A stretch of DNA of 64,000 nucleotides, from assembly GCF_964194025.1 (NCBI RefSeq), contig NC_134481.1:23994001-24058000 (forward strand). Direction: 5' to 3'. This stretch comes from Convolutriloba macropyga. Its lineage: Eukaryota. Shown here piece by piece: positions 21,400-36,200 of the stretch (position 1 is its first letter; each line of letters opens with the position of its first letter). A program made the translations under genes and the position numbers. The notes under the pieces were generated by a model that was not told the DNA's origin, did no database searches, and saw only the letters and a program-made list of their open reading frames with translations.

Positions 21400-22350
21400 T
21401 TTTTAGCCCTAGGTGTCAAGAAACCTCCTCTAGGTTTTGATAAAGGGTTTGATGATAGATTACTGCATAGTTTCTAGTGTTAATAGAATGGTTTTCATAT
21501 TTTTGTCGTCATGAATTTTAGCATTTTTTGACAAAACTTTTTTTTGACATTTATTGTCATTATTAAAGTTGTCTGTGTCACAGTGGCCAGAAAACCTCAT
21601 CAGGGGTTGGAAAATAAGTTGCTGAAAAATTTTTAGTTGCCATGGAGTAGAATTCAACTTTTGATTATCACAAATTTTAGCAAATTTTTTTGGACAAAAT
21701 TCGCATTTTCAGGTTTTTGAAAATTTTTGTCGTTTCTTCATTTTTTTTCCAGCTTCAGGGACCAGGCAATCTTCTTTGAGGGTTGTTAATAGGACACTGC
21801 GTAGTTTCTAGTAACAATGGAATGGTTTTTAACTTTTTAATGTCTCGAATTTTAGAATTTTTTTAATAAAATCTGCAACTTTTTTAAGGCTTCCTAAAGT
21901 TTTTATCAGTTTTTGATATTCTCAAGTGCGAGAAAACATATTCCACTTTCTGATAAAAAGTTCTGCATGGTTTTTAGTTTCAATGGATTTGTCTTCAACA
22001 ATTTTACCTTTCGACTTTTAGAAGTTTTTGGATGAAATTTGAAATTTTTTTCAAGTTTTTTCAAAACAATTGTATTTTATTTTTTTCTTGCCTCAGTAGC
22101 CAGGTAACCTCATCCAGGGTTTGATAGTATGTTATTAAACAGTTGCTAGGGGGCAATCGAATGGCTTTCAGCTTTTTAATAGAATGAATTTCTATTTTTT
22201 GACGTTTGAAATTTTTTCTAAAAATTATTGCCTATCGATCTATGAGCCAATGAGTTTTTTAAAGCTTGGAATTGGGTTACTGGATAGCCTCTAGAGACAC
22301 AGAAATGATTCTGAAGATATTTATATCACGATTTTCAGCTGCATTTCTTT
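21400..22350. repeat. Old degenerate tandem repeat, period about 165 bp (dimer about 340 bp)
   Basis: Recurrent ctgc.tagtttctagt...aatggtttt...gaattttag blocks at about 21465, 21620, 21797, 21963 and 22140. Confidence 0.55.
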
Positions 22351-22618
22351 ATAATTTGCAATTGATTTTTTTCTAAGTTTTTTGTTCCTTTTCGAGTTAA
22401 TCGATCTTCAACGGTCAATGAATATTTTGAAATTGGTATTTTTGAAGGGAAAAAATTTTGGCATAGGTTTAAAAGCTTCAAGAGTTTTAGCAATGAGTAT
22501 ATTTTTGTTTAGTTTTGATTCTTTTAGTTTCTCAATTTTCTGATGATTTTTTTGTGTTCTTGCTGGCATTGTTCAATTGATCTGCTGGTCAGGTAGAGTA
22601 CGCCTGAGTTTCTCATCC

Positions 22619-24510
22619 CTAGGCTAGTTTCTCTTCTCTCATTCTGCTAAAAGTGATTTTGAACATCAGTTGCTCAGCAAAGCAATTCAAAATGAACAGA
22701 GTCAGTTTAAAAATTGAAGTCAGAATTAGAAACGGGATAATCCCATAAAGCCCAATTTTAGATGCCCGCTAATTGAACGTCGTTCCTATGAGTCTTAGTT
22801 ACATTCTCTAGTGCTTATTGGTATTGATAGTAGCCTCTCTCTAAGAAACAGAAGTATGTTCAGCTACGAAATGCTATCAAAATAAATCGGACTTAAAAAA
22901 TATTAAATATTTTTTCAATATTTTTAAATATTTTTTCAATATCTTCTATTCTTTCAATCCCAATCATGCTTATTGGAATCAACTGCGGCTATTTTCCGGC
23001 AATCTGCCGGGTATGTGTTCGATTTTTTGTATCAGTTTTTTTTCTAAAGCGTTATCTCATTCCACTGATAGTTCATTCTATGCCTATTTTTTTGTTTGAA
23101 CCAAATTTCCATTTCCTTCTTGTGTCTTTTTGTTCACATGCGGCATTTTGACATTTATTTTGTTCTTTTAAAAATTTTTTCGATCTGTTTTAGAAATAGT
23201 TTTCCCAATCCACTCATAGTGCGTTCTAGGTCTAGTTTTTTTGTTTAGTCAATGAAAATGTTTTGAATTGTACATCAGGACTTGTCCTGCTATGTTTTTT
23301 TTTTACTTCGTCGAACTTTTTTTTCGCTTTACCCATTTTGCCGCTTTTTCGACATTTTGCGTGAAATCCATCTGACTTCTCTAGGCTAGTTTAAATCTTC
23401 TGTCGTTCTGCTCAAAGTCCTTTTAAACAGCAGCTGTTCAGCAAAGCAATTCAAAATGAAGCGAGTCAGTATAAAAAAATCAAAATCAGAAATAGAAACG
23501 GGATAAACCTATAAAGCCCATTTTTAGATGCCCGGTACTTAAACTTTGTTCTCAAAAGTTTTAGTTACTATCTATAATGCTTATTGGTATTGATACTAGA
23601 CCATGTTGCCTCTCACTGAGAGACAAGAGTATGTTCAATTACGAAATGACATCAAAATAAATCTCACTTAAAAATGTTTATACAAAAGTCATATTTTGAT
23701 ATTTTCTTTTCTTTCAATCCCAATAGAGTTATGGGAATCAACGGCGGCTATTTTCCGGCAATCTGCCGGGTATGTTTTTTTTATCTGAGTGATTTTTTGA
23801 TCAGTGTAGCAAACATTGAAATAGGAAGATCAAGGTTGAGGGGGGAGGGGGCTGAAAACAATTGGTTTGATGAGCGAGTCCGAGAATCCTATAGAAGATT
23901 GGCTGCTTTGTTCATTCGCTTTTTCAAAAGAGAACGCTAAAAATTTAAGTGAGAAAAGTTTGTTGCCCTTGATAGTCGGTTTAATGTGTAAGTTTGTGGT
24001 TTGCGGTGGTGCGTGTCTTTTTATGTAAAATTTTTGGTAAACCGCTTTTTTCTTTTACTTTAGGTCCTCGACAATGCTGTTATGCGCAAATTAGTTTGGC
24101 TACAAGGAAGATTAGATTTTAACCGGTGGTGATTTTTGTCATGCCGAAATGAAGTAGAGCGAAAGAGCTTGCTTTCTCGCTAGTTGTTTTTTACTGTTTT
24201 TCCGAATTTTTGGAACGAATTTTTTACTAAATGGTTTTTCCAATCCATTCATAGTTCGTTCTAGGCCTAGTTTGTACCAAATTTCCATTTCTCGCTAGTG
24301 GTTTTTTCACATGCGGCGTTTTGACATTTCTGTTTTTTTTTCTATCTAATTTTTCTATAAATGGTTTTCCCAATTTACTCATAGTCCGTTCTAGATCTAA
24401 TTTGTTTATTCAATGAAAATTCTTTGAATTGTACGTCAGGAATTGTCCTGTTTTTTTTGTTTTTCGTGGAGTGACTTTTTCACGCTTGACTTCTTAAATT
24501 TTGCGTGACC
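22619..24510. repeat. Tandem duplication of about 760 bp (22619-23380 / 23381-24510); the second copy carries an insertion
   Basis: ctaggctagttt...cagcaaagcaattcaaaatgaa...ggctattttccggcaatctgccgggtatgt occurs twice, colinearly. Confidence 0.85.
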
Positions 24511-24650
24511 TTAAAAACCACTTATTCAGAAATTATGTCTGTTGCTGAAAGGTTGGGTATTCGCCAAGGTCGGGTATTCGAGCACCTCCATTGGCGAGTT
24601 TTTTCACCCAAAAGTTCTCTGGGCTACAGCCTCATCTGAATTGAAATTTT

Positions 24651-27600
24651 TTTTTTCGCCGAACAGTTTTCTAGGTTACAGCCTTATCTGAATTGAAAAT
24701 TCTGACGTTATTTGGTTTATGTTATGACGTCCAGTTCACAAGACAGTTGAAATTGTACGTTCTTTAATGGTATCTCAACAGCGAAGATATTTTAGGTCAT
24801 TTGGATGATAATGTTTTTGATCATACGTAACTCAATAAATGATTTGCGTCCAATAAAACACGTAAATTGCGATTAATTTAATGTAATATGACAAAAAAGC
24901 CCTCTGCGGAACGCATGCAAGAAGGAGTTCAATTTCTTCTCTTAAAAATTTTTTTGTTAGCGGTGTTGCGAATTTAATGAAGTTAATATATCCGTGTCTA
25001 TCTATATTCTACTTTCAGTGAAGATCAATATGATTAATTTACATGGGTGTACCAATTTTCACCCCTAATAGGTTCACCCTTATCATTTAGCACCGACGAT
25101 TTTATCCATCCACCGATTAGTTTATTATCTCCCCGCAATTTTTTACTTGATTTCATTGGTAAAATTAACATTCAAGTTAAGACGTTCATGGGATTTGGAG
25201 AAAAACTTAAGAGTCCAGTATTCAAAATCCGAGACTTGTAGGGTTTGAACAAAAATACTTGAGGTGAAAGGTGCAGCGTAAAACTAAACGGTTGAAAACG
25301 TTATCTGAAAATATGGGTTAAATTAATGGGGGTAAAACAAAGCAGAACCTCCTACATAACTTCTTTTTCATTACAGTGACGCTTGTATTTGCGCAATGAA
25401 ATTCTACAGGTAATGATTTTCAATGAATGCCAATAGAGCTCACATAAATAAAAAGTTGAATGTATGCATTGCTCTAGATTAAAGGCGTTGCTATTTAGCG
25501 TAGTTTTAAAGGTAGAATTTGAACGACAGAAGGAACTACCTGCTGTCTCATTTATTCGCTCCAATATAAAGTCTCAAGGTTTTTTCGCAGTTCTAATTCT
25601 GCTAATCTAACTTTTTTGTGGAAACTTTTTTTGGCAATGCTCTAATATGTTGCTTGTTAAATTTTAATGAGTTTCAACATTCGGTAATCTCAAAAATTGA
25701 GAAGAGGGTATCATGAGCCGAGTAATGTTACGGAAAATGGCGAATTTTTTTCGCCGAACAGTTTTCTAGGTTACAGCCTTATCTGAATTGAAAATTCTGA
25801 CATTATTTGGTTTATGTTTTGACGTCCTGTTCACAAGACAGTTGAAATTGTACTTTTTCTGATGGTATCTCAACAGCGAAGATATTTTAGGTCATTTGGA
25901 TGATAATTTTTTTGATCATAGGTAACTCAATAAATGATTTGCGTCCAATAAAACACGTAAATTGCAATTAATTTAATGCAATCTGACAGAAAACCTTCTG
26001 CGGAACACAAGCAAGATGGAATTCAATTTCTCACTCTTTAAAAAATTTTCTGTAAGCGGTGTTGCGAACTTAATGAAGTTAATATATCTGTATCTATCTA
26101 TATTCTAAGTCTAGGGAACATTAGAGCTTAAAAAATCCAAAACAGCTAATAAATGATTGTATTAATGCGACTCTTGGTATTGTGCGCCCCTGAATTCTGC
26201 GCTCCTGGATATTCGCTGATGTGACTGCTTTAAGTTTATAGCGTTATCAGTTTTCCTGGTTTAATTTAAAAATTTCTGTTTAGTCTCGATGCTTTTCAAT
26301 TGAGTAAAACCAAACTGAGTCGTAATATCTTCAGGGCTCTATCTTTTTTGTGAATCTTTTTGTTATTTCCCTCAGGCATATATATCAGCCGATTTGTACC
26401 CGCTGAAAATATCCAAAAAGAGACTTGTGTCCGTTAGTCGTTTTCTATCTATATTCGGCGTCTAGTACTGCTGAGAATTTCAACTTAAAACTTCTCAGTT
26501 GTTGCTTTCAAGGGTGATTTTTGATGGTCCGTACGACAGTTTTTTTGGAGTCTCTCATCTTGTGAACAATGAGGCTTCAACAACTCGACACAACAACTTA
26601 ATGGTTGTCATGCTGTGATGATGAATTTTACGCTTTTAGGTTTTCGTTGATGTTACTTCTTGGGGTCAATAGCCTCCTAAGATTTTCTGACTGAATTGAA
26701 GAATAATTTCTGTCTAATCATGTTGCTTTTCAATTGAGTGCAACCAAATTGAGCTCTAGTATTTTTAGGTTTCTATAGATTTTGGGGATCTTTTCTGTTA
26801 CTACCCTCAAGCCTGTATATCAGCCGGTTTGCATCCACCAAGAAAGTCCAAAAATCACGTTTTCCTCTTCATACAAATTTTGCGGTGTTTACTAAATTGT
26901 AATTTACCGTATAAAATTAGAAAAATTATTTTCATGTTGTTCATTGATTTAAAATTTTCTAATGTGGTATTTCGTCAATGCGCATTATTCGTATATGCAT
27001 ATGTAACTAGTATTGAAAGCCATTTATATGCTATATTTAAAAACAAGATGTAATAATTGACGTATGGGCAATAAGGGAAGTGTTCAGGATTTGGTTGGTA
27101 TTGATCAGAAATATTCCCAATAATTTAAATTTTTCGAAGCGAACCGCGAGGATATTATTTAAAAGCATTGTGTTAAAATGTTTGCTTATGATGATTGCAG
27201 TCTATTTTTTGTGCTCAAAATCATTGTTTTTTTGTTAAATACTGAAAATAATTTCAAAATAATTTGCAAAATTAGTATGTAAAAATTCAAAGTTAGTCCC
27301 AATGTTCATAAAATGAAAGTCTTTTTTCTGAGTAGTTGGCGAACTGCAATTGTTATAAGATTTGCGACAAGAATTTCCACTAAAATTTAGTTTCTTTAAA
27401 AATTTCTGCTCAGATATTGTGTTCAATCTCCGAAGACCTTGTATTAGCATTATTGCTATGCGCTTTTCTTTTATACTGTGATTTGTAGTGATGTCTTTTT
27501 TTCATCAATTGGATAATTTCTGTTGTAAGATTTGCACCTCAGTTAGGAATCTCAAAACGATTTTTAATTGCTCTCGAACGGTTTGAAGAACTTATTGTAA

Positions 27601-29236
27601 TCGCGTGTCTAGCCCTTCTGCTTGACCGTTTTTGAGATTTTGTTTTACTTCATTCTTGACTTCTAAAATTTCTTTTCACTTTTTCTCCATTTTTTAGTGA
27701 TCTCCATTAATCTCACTTCAAACTGAAGTTGCTACAATAAAAGTGATCATAAAATAAAAAATCTCAATGGCCTGATAGCCAAGTTGTTAATGCATTCCTT
27801 TGGACTCTGGAGGGCGAGGCTTTGAAGCCCCACCATGGTCGGATTTTTTTAAACACCCATAAGAAAAATTTATCTAGGTTACGTCCCCTTAATTAAATTA
27901 CTCCACCTGTCGTTCGAGAGCAAATTGTCCGACGTTAGTGGTTTATGTTTCAAATGTATTGCACCAGTCGTTTTTTCTGATTTTGTCTCAGCCTTTACTT
28001 GCTCTTTATTAGCGCAAAAAGTTATTAGCTTTTTCTTACTTCTCAGTTGGCAACTGATATTGCTTGTTAAGCCTTTCTGCGTAATGTTGAAGGTCAATAT
28101 GATTATTTTACATGGGTGTAGCAATTTCCGACTTTATTTGGTTTATGTGTTGACCGGTTTTTGATGGCCTCTCAACCGCGAAGATATTTTAGTTCATTTA
28201 GATGATTATGTTTTGGATCAAACTTAACTCAATAAATGATATGCGTCCAGTAAAACACGTAAATTGCTATTAATTTAATGTAATATGACAAAAAAGCCTT
28301 CTGCGGAACGCAAGCAAGAAGGAGTTCAATTTCTTCTCTTTAAAAAATTTTCTTTAAGCGGTGTTGCGAACTTAATGAAGTTAATATATCCGTGTCTATC
28401 TATATTCTACTTTCAGTGAAGATCAATATGATTAATTTACATGGGTGTACCAATTTTCACCCCTAATAGGTTCACCCTTATCATTTAGCACCGACGATTT
28501 TATCCATCCACCGATTAATTTATTATCTCCCCGCAATTTTTTTTACCTGATTTCGTTGGTAAAATTAACATTCAAATTAAGGGGTTCTTGGGATTTGGAG
28601 AAACAGTTATGAGTCGAGTTTTCAAAGTCCGAGATTTGTAGGATTTTGAACAAAAATAGTTGAGGTGAAAGGTGCAGTGTAAAACAATAAAGGGTTGAAA
28701 AGGTTATCTAAAAATATGTGGGTTAAACTAATGGGGGTAAAACAAAGCAGACCCTCTTACATAACTTCTGTTTCATTACAGTGACACTTGTACTTGCGCA
28801 ATGAAACTTGACAGGTAACGATTTTTAGAGCTCACATAAATAAAAAGTTGAATGTTTGTATTGCTATATAGATTAAAGGCTTTGCTATTTAGCGTAGTTT
28901 TAAAGGTAGAAGCTGAACGACAGTAGGAACTTCCTACTGTGTCATTTATTCGCCTCAATATAAAGTCTCAGATTTCTTCCGCAATTCTAATCCTGCTAAT
29001 CTAAATTTTTATGTGGAAACTTTTTTGGGAATGCTCTAATATGTTGCTTGTTTAATCAACCTAATTGGAGAACGAAAATTTCAGAAAATGGTTTATTTCA
29101 AATCACTTGCTTTAATAGTTTGCTTTATTGATTGCATGTGTTCTACAGTAGATTCTAGCACAATTCTAGTGAGTTTCAACTTTCGGTAATCTCAAAAATT
29201 GAGAAAAGGGTATCATGAGCCGAGTAATGTTACGGA
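24651..29236. repeat. Locally triplicated segment: 24651-25737, 25746-26107 (partial), 28130-29236
   Basis: Near-identical blocks such as gcgaagatattttag, aataaaacacgtaaattgc, gcggtgttgcgaa and gggtatcatgagccgagtaatgttacggaaa. Confidence 0.9.
27769..27948 (+). mobile_element. tRNA-derived SINE (degenerate)
   Basis: A-box-like tagccaagttgtt and a decayed B box. The body ggtcggattttt...aattaaatt...ttcga.gcaa is shared with 37334-37518. Confidence 0.6.
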
Positions 29237-29768
29237 AATTTGTCCATGGAGTGGAAATTTTGTTGTTTCGATTTTAAAGTGGAAATTTTGACAAAGCTGT
29301 CGACAACAAATTCTTGATAGCTTTTAATTCCATAAATTTTTAAACAATCATGTACTTCTGAGGTTAGAAAGTGCTACTGTTCCTATCTACTATAAGAGTG
29401 CTATAAAAAGGTTAATCTGACATCACGTTGTGAAATGCTGACGTTTGTCTTAGTTGCGCGACTGGTGAAAAACCTGCGGCGGACTAAAACTTTTTGAATA
29501 ATTTGATATCGAGAAGTCTTGACTTCAATTCAAACTTAGAACCTCTATATTTAAAAAACTGAACCGATTATCTTAACTGATGTTGGTATAGTATTATTTA
29601 ATAATGGTTTTTGAGTCTGAACTTAATCATTTGATCAAGTTTGTTCATACGTCGTGCCAACTTCGCTTGTCATATTATTATACGCAAGGAGAAAATAAAA
29701 GGTCAAAGCTATATAATGTTACACCATATATGGTCAGTTAATTTTCTTTTCTTTTCAGAGTTGTAACA

Positions 29769-30425
29769 ATGTCTTTGATTATTGGCTATTGGCCAATCCG
29801 TGGCCTTGCTGAGTCCATTTATTTGACATTGGAGTACTTGGAGATACCCTACGAGAAGAAAGCTTACACACGGGAAAATTACCTAGAGTGGTTTGAAAAT
29901 GATAAACTAAACCTTGGAATTGACTTCCCAAATCTACCCTATTTAATCGATGGAGACTTCAAAACTTCCCAGTCTCTGGCCATTTTGAAGTATATTGGAC
30001 GCAAGCATGGTTTGTTTGGCGGAGAGTCAAACGAGGAGATTACAAAACAAGAGGCACTTCTTGACAGTATCTATGATTTGAGAATGCGGTTTGCTCGCTT
30101 GTGCTACAGTGACGACTTCGAAAATAAGAAAAAAGAATATTTGGACAATTTGGCTAAAAATCTCAAATTTTATGACGATTGGTTAGCTAAGCGTAAATAT
30201 ATGAATGGTGACAAATTATTTGTCGGAGATTTCTTTCTCTGGTCAGTACTGGACATAAATGACTTGATGTCGCCAGGCATAATGGAACCCTTCCCCAATG
30301 TTGCGCGGTTCAAAAATGAGATCGCCTCCCTACCAGCTATTGAGAAATATTTGAAGAGTGAACGATTTAAAAAGTTCCCGGTAAATGGATTCACTGCTAA
30401 GTGGGGCGGGAAAGAGGAAGCGTAA
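29769..30425 (+). CDS. Mu-like glutathione S-transferase 1, intronless CDS, 218 aa
   Basis: IGYWPIRGLAE, LGIDFPNLPYLIDGD, SQSLAILKYIGRKH, GDFFLW. Catalytic Tyr present; no vertebrate mu-loop (Sj26-like). Confidence 0.96.
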   Translation: MSLIIGYWPIRGLAESIYLTLEYLEIPYEKKAYTRENYLEWFENDKLNLGIDFPNLPYLIDGDFKTSQSLAILKYIGRKHGLFGGESNEEITKQEALLDSIYDLRMRFARLCYSDDFENKKKEYLDNLAKNLKFYDDWLAKRKYMNGDKLFVGDFFLWSVLDINDLMSPGIMEPFPNVARFKNEIASLPAIEKYLKSERFKKFPVNGFTAKWGGKEEA

Positions 30426-31856
30426 AAGGAAAAATTTAAATCAATTGAAGAATGTTGTTGTTATTGTAAAATAGTATTTTGTCCAGCCGGATTTGTTTGT
30501 GTAAATTCTGATGTAATATGCATTTGTACATCTCTATATAAAAACAACCCTTAATAATTTTTTCTGTTCTTAAACTAAAAAGAAACTAATTTTGTTTTTA
30601 GAACTAAATATCAAATAATTTTGGACAATTTTTCTGTTATCCTAGAGTTAGTACATGGTTAATATCAGTCAATATTTTGTATTAACACAAGAATTTGCGT
30701 TGCGAAATAACAGTTGTGTTGAATTGGATTTAGTGAGTCACTTTGTTTCACTTTAAGAAATTAGTCTACATATTTGGGATCCCTACGACCCAGTCTCGAA
30801 CTCGTGCAATTTTCATTTACATAAGGGATTTTGATAGCCATACCCACTGAACAATGGATACATGTTCCAGGCCAATAAAAGACTTCGAGGAACTCGTGCC
30901 AATAAAGACTGAAGAATAACGAACTTTGAATTCTGATCCTGACTAAAAATACATCTATAACACAGAAAGCATGTTCCCTTGGTTGAGTGGTTAAGGCCGC
31001 ATCAAAAAAATGAACAACGTAACAACCGTGCATCGGAAGTAGTTTGGAGACTAAAAAATGAAGGGATCCTTATTCTGTGCGGTAGACCCCCCATTCTCAC
31101 TACTAGTATTACAATTTCTAATAACATAGACTAATAACATATAAAGATATAGGAGACTTACAATATGACATTGTATTGGGGGAAGTTCTGCATGAATTTT
31201 TAGCCGAGTTTTATTTAGTGTAATAATTGCTGTCGTCGTTGTTTGCAAGTCTGAATTATTTATTTCCTTCATTTTGATGAAAAGTTATTAGGGCTTTGGT
31301 TATATTTTTTAATGTCAATAGCAATATTTGTTAAGTTGTTCCGGGCGATTTTACGTGGTATGTGGGTTTAAATCCCCGATGTTCTCAATACATTTTTGTA
31401 AGGTTTGAAAGGAACGTTGAAGTTCAACGGTATAATTTAGGGTCTTTGAAGATTGTTTCTTCGCATGATAGACCCCTCGAAATTTTTGATATATCATAAT
31501 TTGAAAAAAAACTACGATAATCGATTTGCTTGTAATTTTTTGCCCCACTAAATTTGGATATAATTGGGTAGAAGAGGGGTATACATTGCTGGATTTCACA
31601 GCTAGGAAACGTACGTGACTTTCGCAATGACCGATTTTGTGGATGTTAATGTTATATCCATGTGGATCTGCAGAACTTAAGATCTGAACTCGAAAGCTGA
31701 TTTCATGAAAAAAATACAAAATCTAACCATTATTCGATTTGATTGTGACTTATTGGTTGCGCGTGATCAACTAATATTTTGCTTGCTTTCCAAGAATTTG
31801 GTAATAAAATTTTCTCAAATTTGAGGAACTGGAAGGAAGTAATATTCTAGATACCC

Positions 31857-33218
31857 ATGACCATCCTAATTGCATACTGGCCAATCAGGGGTCTCTGCGA
31901 ATATGTATACCTCGCTTTGGAGTATCTAGAAGTTCCATATGAGAGGAAAACATACACAGCTGAGAACATGAATGAGTGGTACAAGGAGGACAAGTATAAT
32001 CTGGGACTGCATTTCGCAAACCTGCCTTACTTAGTTGAAGGAGACTTCAAACTTGTTCAGTCACTCGCCATTCTCAAGTATGTCGGGAGAAAATATGGCA
32101 TTTTTGGAGGTGATTCAATTGAAGAAACTGCCCATCAGGTGCGTTCTACTCTTCACAGTTGGGCTTCCAAGAAAACGTAACTATTGTGATATCACCTTTT
32201 GGGTTATATTTCAAATTAGCTTGAATTGAACGTAAGTTCTAAGTTTTGATAATTGTTTCTAAACTTCAGCGGTTGTAAGAATGTAATAGTTGCTTGTCGG
32301 ACATCAGAGCCGTATTTCAAATGCAAAAATTCATTTTTGCTTTTGAAATAGGGCTCTGATGTCCGAGAATCAACTATTACGCCTAAAACTGCTGTTTGAA
32401 CCAACAAACGCAAATTTTTCCCTGGTATTTTTCTCCTTGCAGACCGAGTTACGATTTTGGAGGGCACAAAACTCTCTTAATTGCGCTGCGACTGATGAGT
32501 TTTGTTATCTTTACCTTTGGTGTTATTTTCGGTTCTTTTGTTGAAATTTACTCCAAATGTAATTTACATAAGAGGACAACCAGTGGTAACATTTTGATAC
32601 GTACGTCTCAACTATGACTAGATGTCATTCAGCAAAACTGCATAAAACCATGGTAAAAATTTAGATATTGGGCTTGACTTAAGTCATTATAGCGAAGCTG
32701 AGGGGATATTCAGTAAAAGTGAAACATGCAATAGATCTAGAATGTTTTTTCTCAGCTCCTGATAACTTGACTACAACAGCGAGAGTCAAGGTACAGAAAG
32801 TAGAATTGAATTATACCTGTGCCTTTCACTTTTTCAGGAGGCTCTGATTGAGCACGTCAATGATCTTCGGTCCCGATTCTCAAACCTCTGCTATTGTGAT
32901 CGAGACTTGTTCGAAGCTAAGAAGGTCAAGTACTTCGAAGAATTTGGGGAAGAACTCAAAAAACTGGATGATTGGTTCCAAGAGAGAAAGTGGATGAATG
33001 GGGACAAAATTTTTGTGGGAGACTTCTTTCTTTGGCATACTCTGGATGTTCACGATTGCATGGTTCCTGGAATTCTGGAAGAATATCCAAATGTTACAAG
33101 GTACAAGAACGAGGTCCAGAAAATACCTCAAATTGATCGCTATCTGAAGAGTGAGGTCTACCGAAGGTTCAATATCAACGCACCTTGGGCCAATTTTGGC
33201 TGCTATGCCGGTTTGTAA
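31857..33218 (+). CDS. Mu-like GST 2, exons 31857-32138 and 32838-33218, 220 aa
   Basis: IAYWPIRGLCE...TAHQ|gt...ttttcag|EALIEHVNDLR. A phase-0 intron restores alignment to GST1. Confidence 0.93.
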
Positions 33219-36200
33219 GTTGGGTTCGTGCGCTATCCTCTGACTTCTGTCAGATACAAACGGTATGTTTAGCACATATTGTATATAGCAACGAATTTGT
33301 AAACAATTTGCAACAATTTGTAAACAAGTAATACAGTTAGTAATAGCTTGAAAACAGCCAATACTTTCTCAGGGATTCTTTTGTGCTAATTTGTACAATT
33401 TTAGATGTTTGCTTACCAGACCGCTGTTTTTGTAGGAATAAAGTTTTTGTCTGTATTGTTTCTCAGGGGCCGATTCCTCACATTTAGATAATTTGTCGAA
33501 GTAAACAACGTGAACGTTTAATATAAAAACCACTTGAGTTCCAGGGACAAATATCAGTTACCATTTCAAAGGAGTGTAACGTCATTGTGCTTAAAAATTA
33601 AATGACACGTAATTTTAATATACTTTGACACGTAAACTTCAATATACCAGTTTCTTTTCTTGTAGTTTGGTTTTTCGTAGAAGTAATTTTTATTCGATGC
33701 TATATTGAAATGTAAACCTCAGTAATTGATGCCACAGTATTTTGCAGAGCCTGAAAATCCGTTTGAAGCTCAAAATTGGCACATATTTCTTGATTTTTTA
33801 GTTAATTTTTGACTTTTTTATTTCTTCATTTTTGCATCTCTCAGCCATCTTTTTGTCAAAAATCAGTTAATATGGCAACTTACCTGTGTTAATTCATATA
33901 CTCGACGCCTCTTTCTACCTCGATACATTTTTTGTTTTATAAAATTGTACATATCCTAATCCGATTTTGGCAGTTCTTTTTCCAATTTTTCTCAGTTTTT
34001 TCTTTGTATTTTGGTTTCAATTAATAGAATGTCTTTTTGTCCAACATGAGGGACTTAATTCTTGTTTCAATAAAATTTCAATTGTTTTTGGCGTTAAGTT
34101 TTTGAAAAACATTTAAAATTCTCATAAATGCAGTCTCGAAAATTTTTGACCATTTTTTTGGAAAATATTTCAATGTTTCTTATGTTTCAATTCTGCGTTC
34201 TCTTTTTTTCTCTTTTCAGGAGGATGGATCTCTGTCTCGGACGACTCGTTTTCTTTTCTATGTCGCGAATGCTGAACAATGAAATGTATTCATTTTTTTA
34301 AATTTATTATTAACTTTCAGAAATCAAGAATGTCTTTTTGTTACGGTGTCCCTTACATTGTTTCTATATTCTTCACATTCTAGTATGTATCATTCTAGTT
34401 TTAACCTGACACCTCCATTTATATTCGTTAAATTGATTTTTACAGTTGTTAGAAAATTGAATAATTTCAGCTTTTGTTTTTTTAGAAATTTTTCATTTCT
34501 TTGTTTGCAATTGATTTCATTCAACAGAAGGCAGTACTGAGAGTTTGCTAGAAAGCCTTTTCCAAAATTTCTGCTTATTGCTATTTATTATAATTTTCTT
34601 TCGGCCTTCGTATTGTTTTTAAATGATTTTTTGCCTTTGAATTTTATTCTTTTGATTATGTCTTTTATATGATTATTTTTTTTGAATTAGTATGAAATCA
34701 TGTTCTCTAGCATATATACAAATAAAAAGTGTATGCTTTTTTGTCTTAATTACAGCGACTAGAAATATAATTGCAGTAGTTTTCTGATTCTTAGATGTGA
34801 GCACTTTTTTGAAAAATTTAACAATTGATAGCCCTATAAGTTTTTTCAGCCTTTCAATATTTTGACCATCCTAATTATTTCGAACTTTTTTAACTTTGCC
34901 AAATGTTTACAATAATATTTTACAATAATATATTATAGTAAAATTTTACTGCATTTTGTTTCTCTTGGTGACAGGCGTTTAAATTTCACCAATTTTTAGG
35001 TCAGACCTGGGGAGGTATTGAGTTAATGGTTTAATACAAAAGTTAATAGCTTGAACTGCAATTACGATTTTATTGTGGAGTTTTGACTCTTGGAGTCGCT
35101 TCCGGAATTCTTACGGCTATGTTTTTTTCGTCAAGTTTTTTGTTACGACCATATGACGTCACAACATCTTTAAATCTGCTTTTTGTTTTTGTTCATTCGT
35201 TCATGCAATTTCAACTGAAGTGCGTGTGTGACGTAATTTTTCGCTCTTAGTGGAGAGAGTTTTGTTCATTCGCGTGATTAAATTTTTGGTCGCACGTGAC
35301 TTACATCACTCTCAAAAATGACTTCCTCACTTTTAAATTGACGTTTGTTTACTTTAATGCAAAGAGATAAGGTCAGGTGAATGTGTGTCAGTCTCTCAAA
35401 TGAAAGTTATTTGAGAGCAGCTAATAGTGGCAGCATTAACTTATACAGATTCCTAATCAAAATGTAAAATCTCAGCCTTCAATGAAAAGACTATTTTTTT
35501 GCTCTGTCTTTCTTACTGTTTTTTTAGACTAAAGATCTGCGAAGCTGTTGCGGCTTTTTTCTGCCAATCTGGCAGCTATGTTATGTGAATTTGTTATATG
35601 GCAGTTCATTGTTCCGACCTCATATAATGAGCAAATAAACTTTGTGTTAGCCTGGTTTCTTTGTTTGATTCCTGATTTTTTTAGTAGAAAGATGAGAGGT
35701 TTTTTTCAAAAATTAGAGTAGCATAATTAGACAGAGGAGCTGTAAAATTTGGTTTTTGCTTAGATGACGTAAATTGAAGATCTTTAAATTCCGTGAAAAC
35801 CTAGAAAAAAGTGGGAAGCTTAAGTTTGTAAATTTAATCCTATTTTCTGTTAGATTCCTCAATTTCAAACCTAATAATAACATGAAAACTGTGACAGCAA
35901 AGCATGTTTACTCAAAGGGTTTGTTCGAATTCCGTTTTTGCTATAGTATGGAGTTTAAAGAACTAGGTGTTCCTTGAAAAGTTCATTTGACTTCTCTATC
36001 GATTTTCCTTTTCAAACCGAAAAATTAAAGGTTGGCATGAGAATATTAAATTAATGATCGAATAAACACAAATGATTTTCCGAGACAATTTTCATCAGCG
36101 TAAACATTTTCCTCTGCATTTTTCGTAATTTACAAAGTCACAAAATACAAATGGTATGAGAAGCACTTCTTTGAATGCCCCGTTGAAACTTAATCGAATT

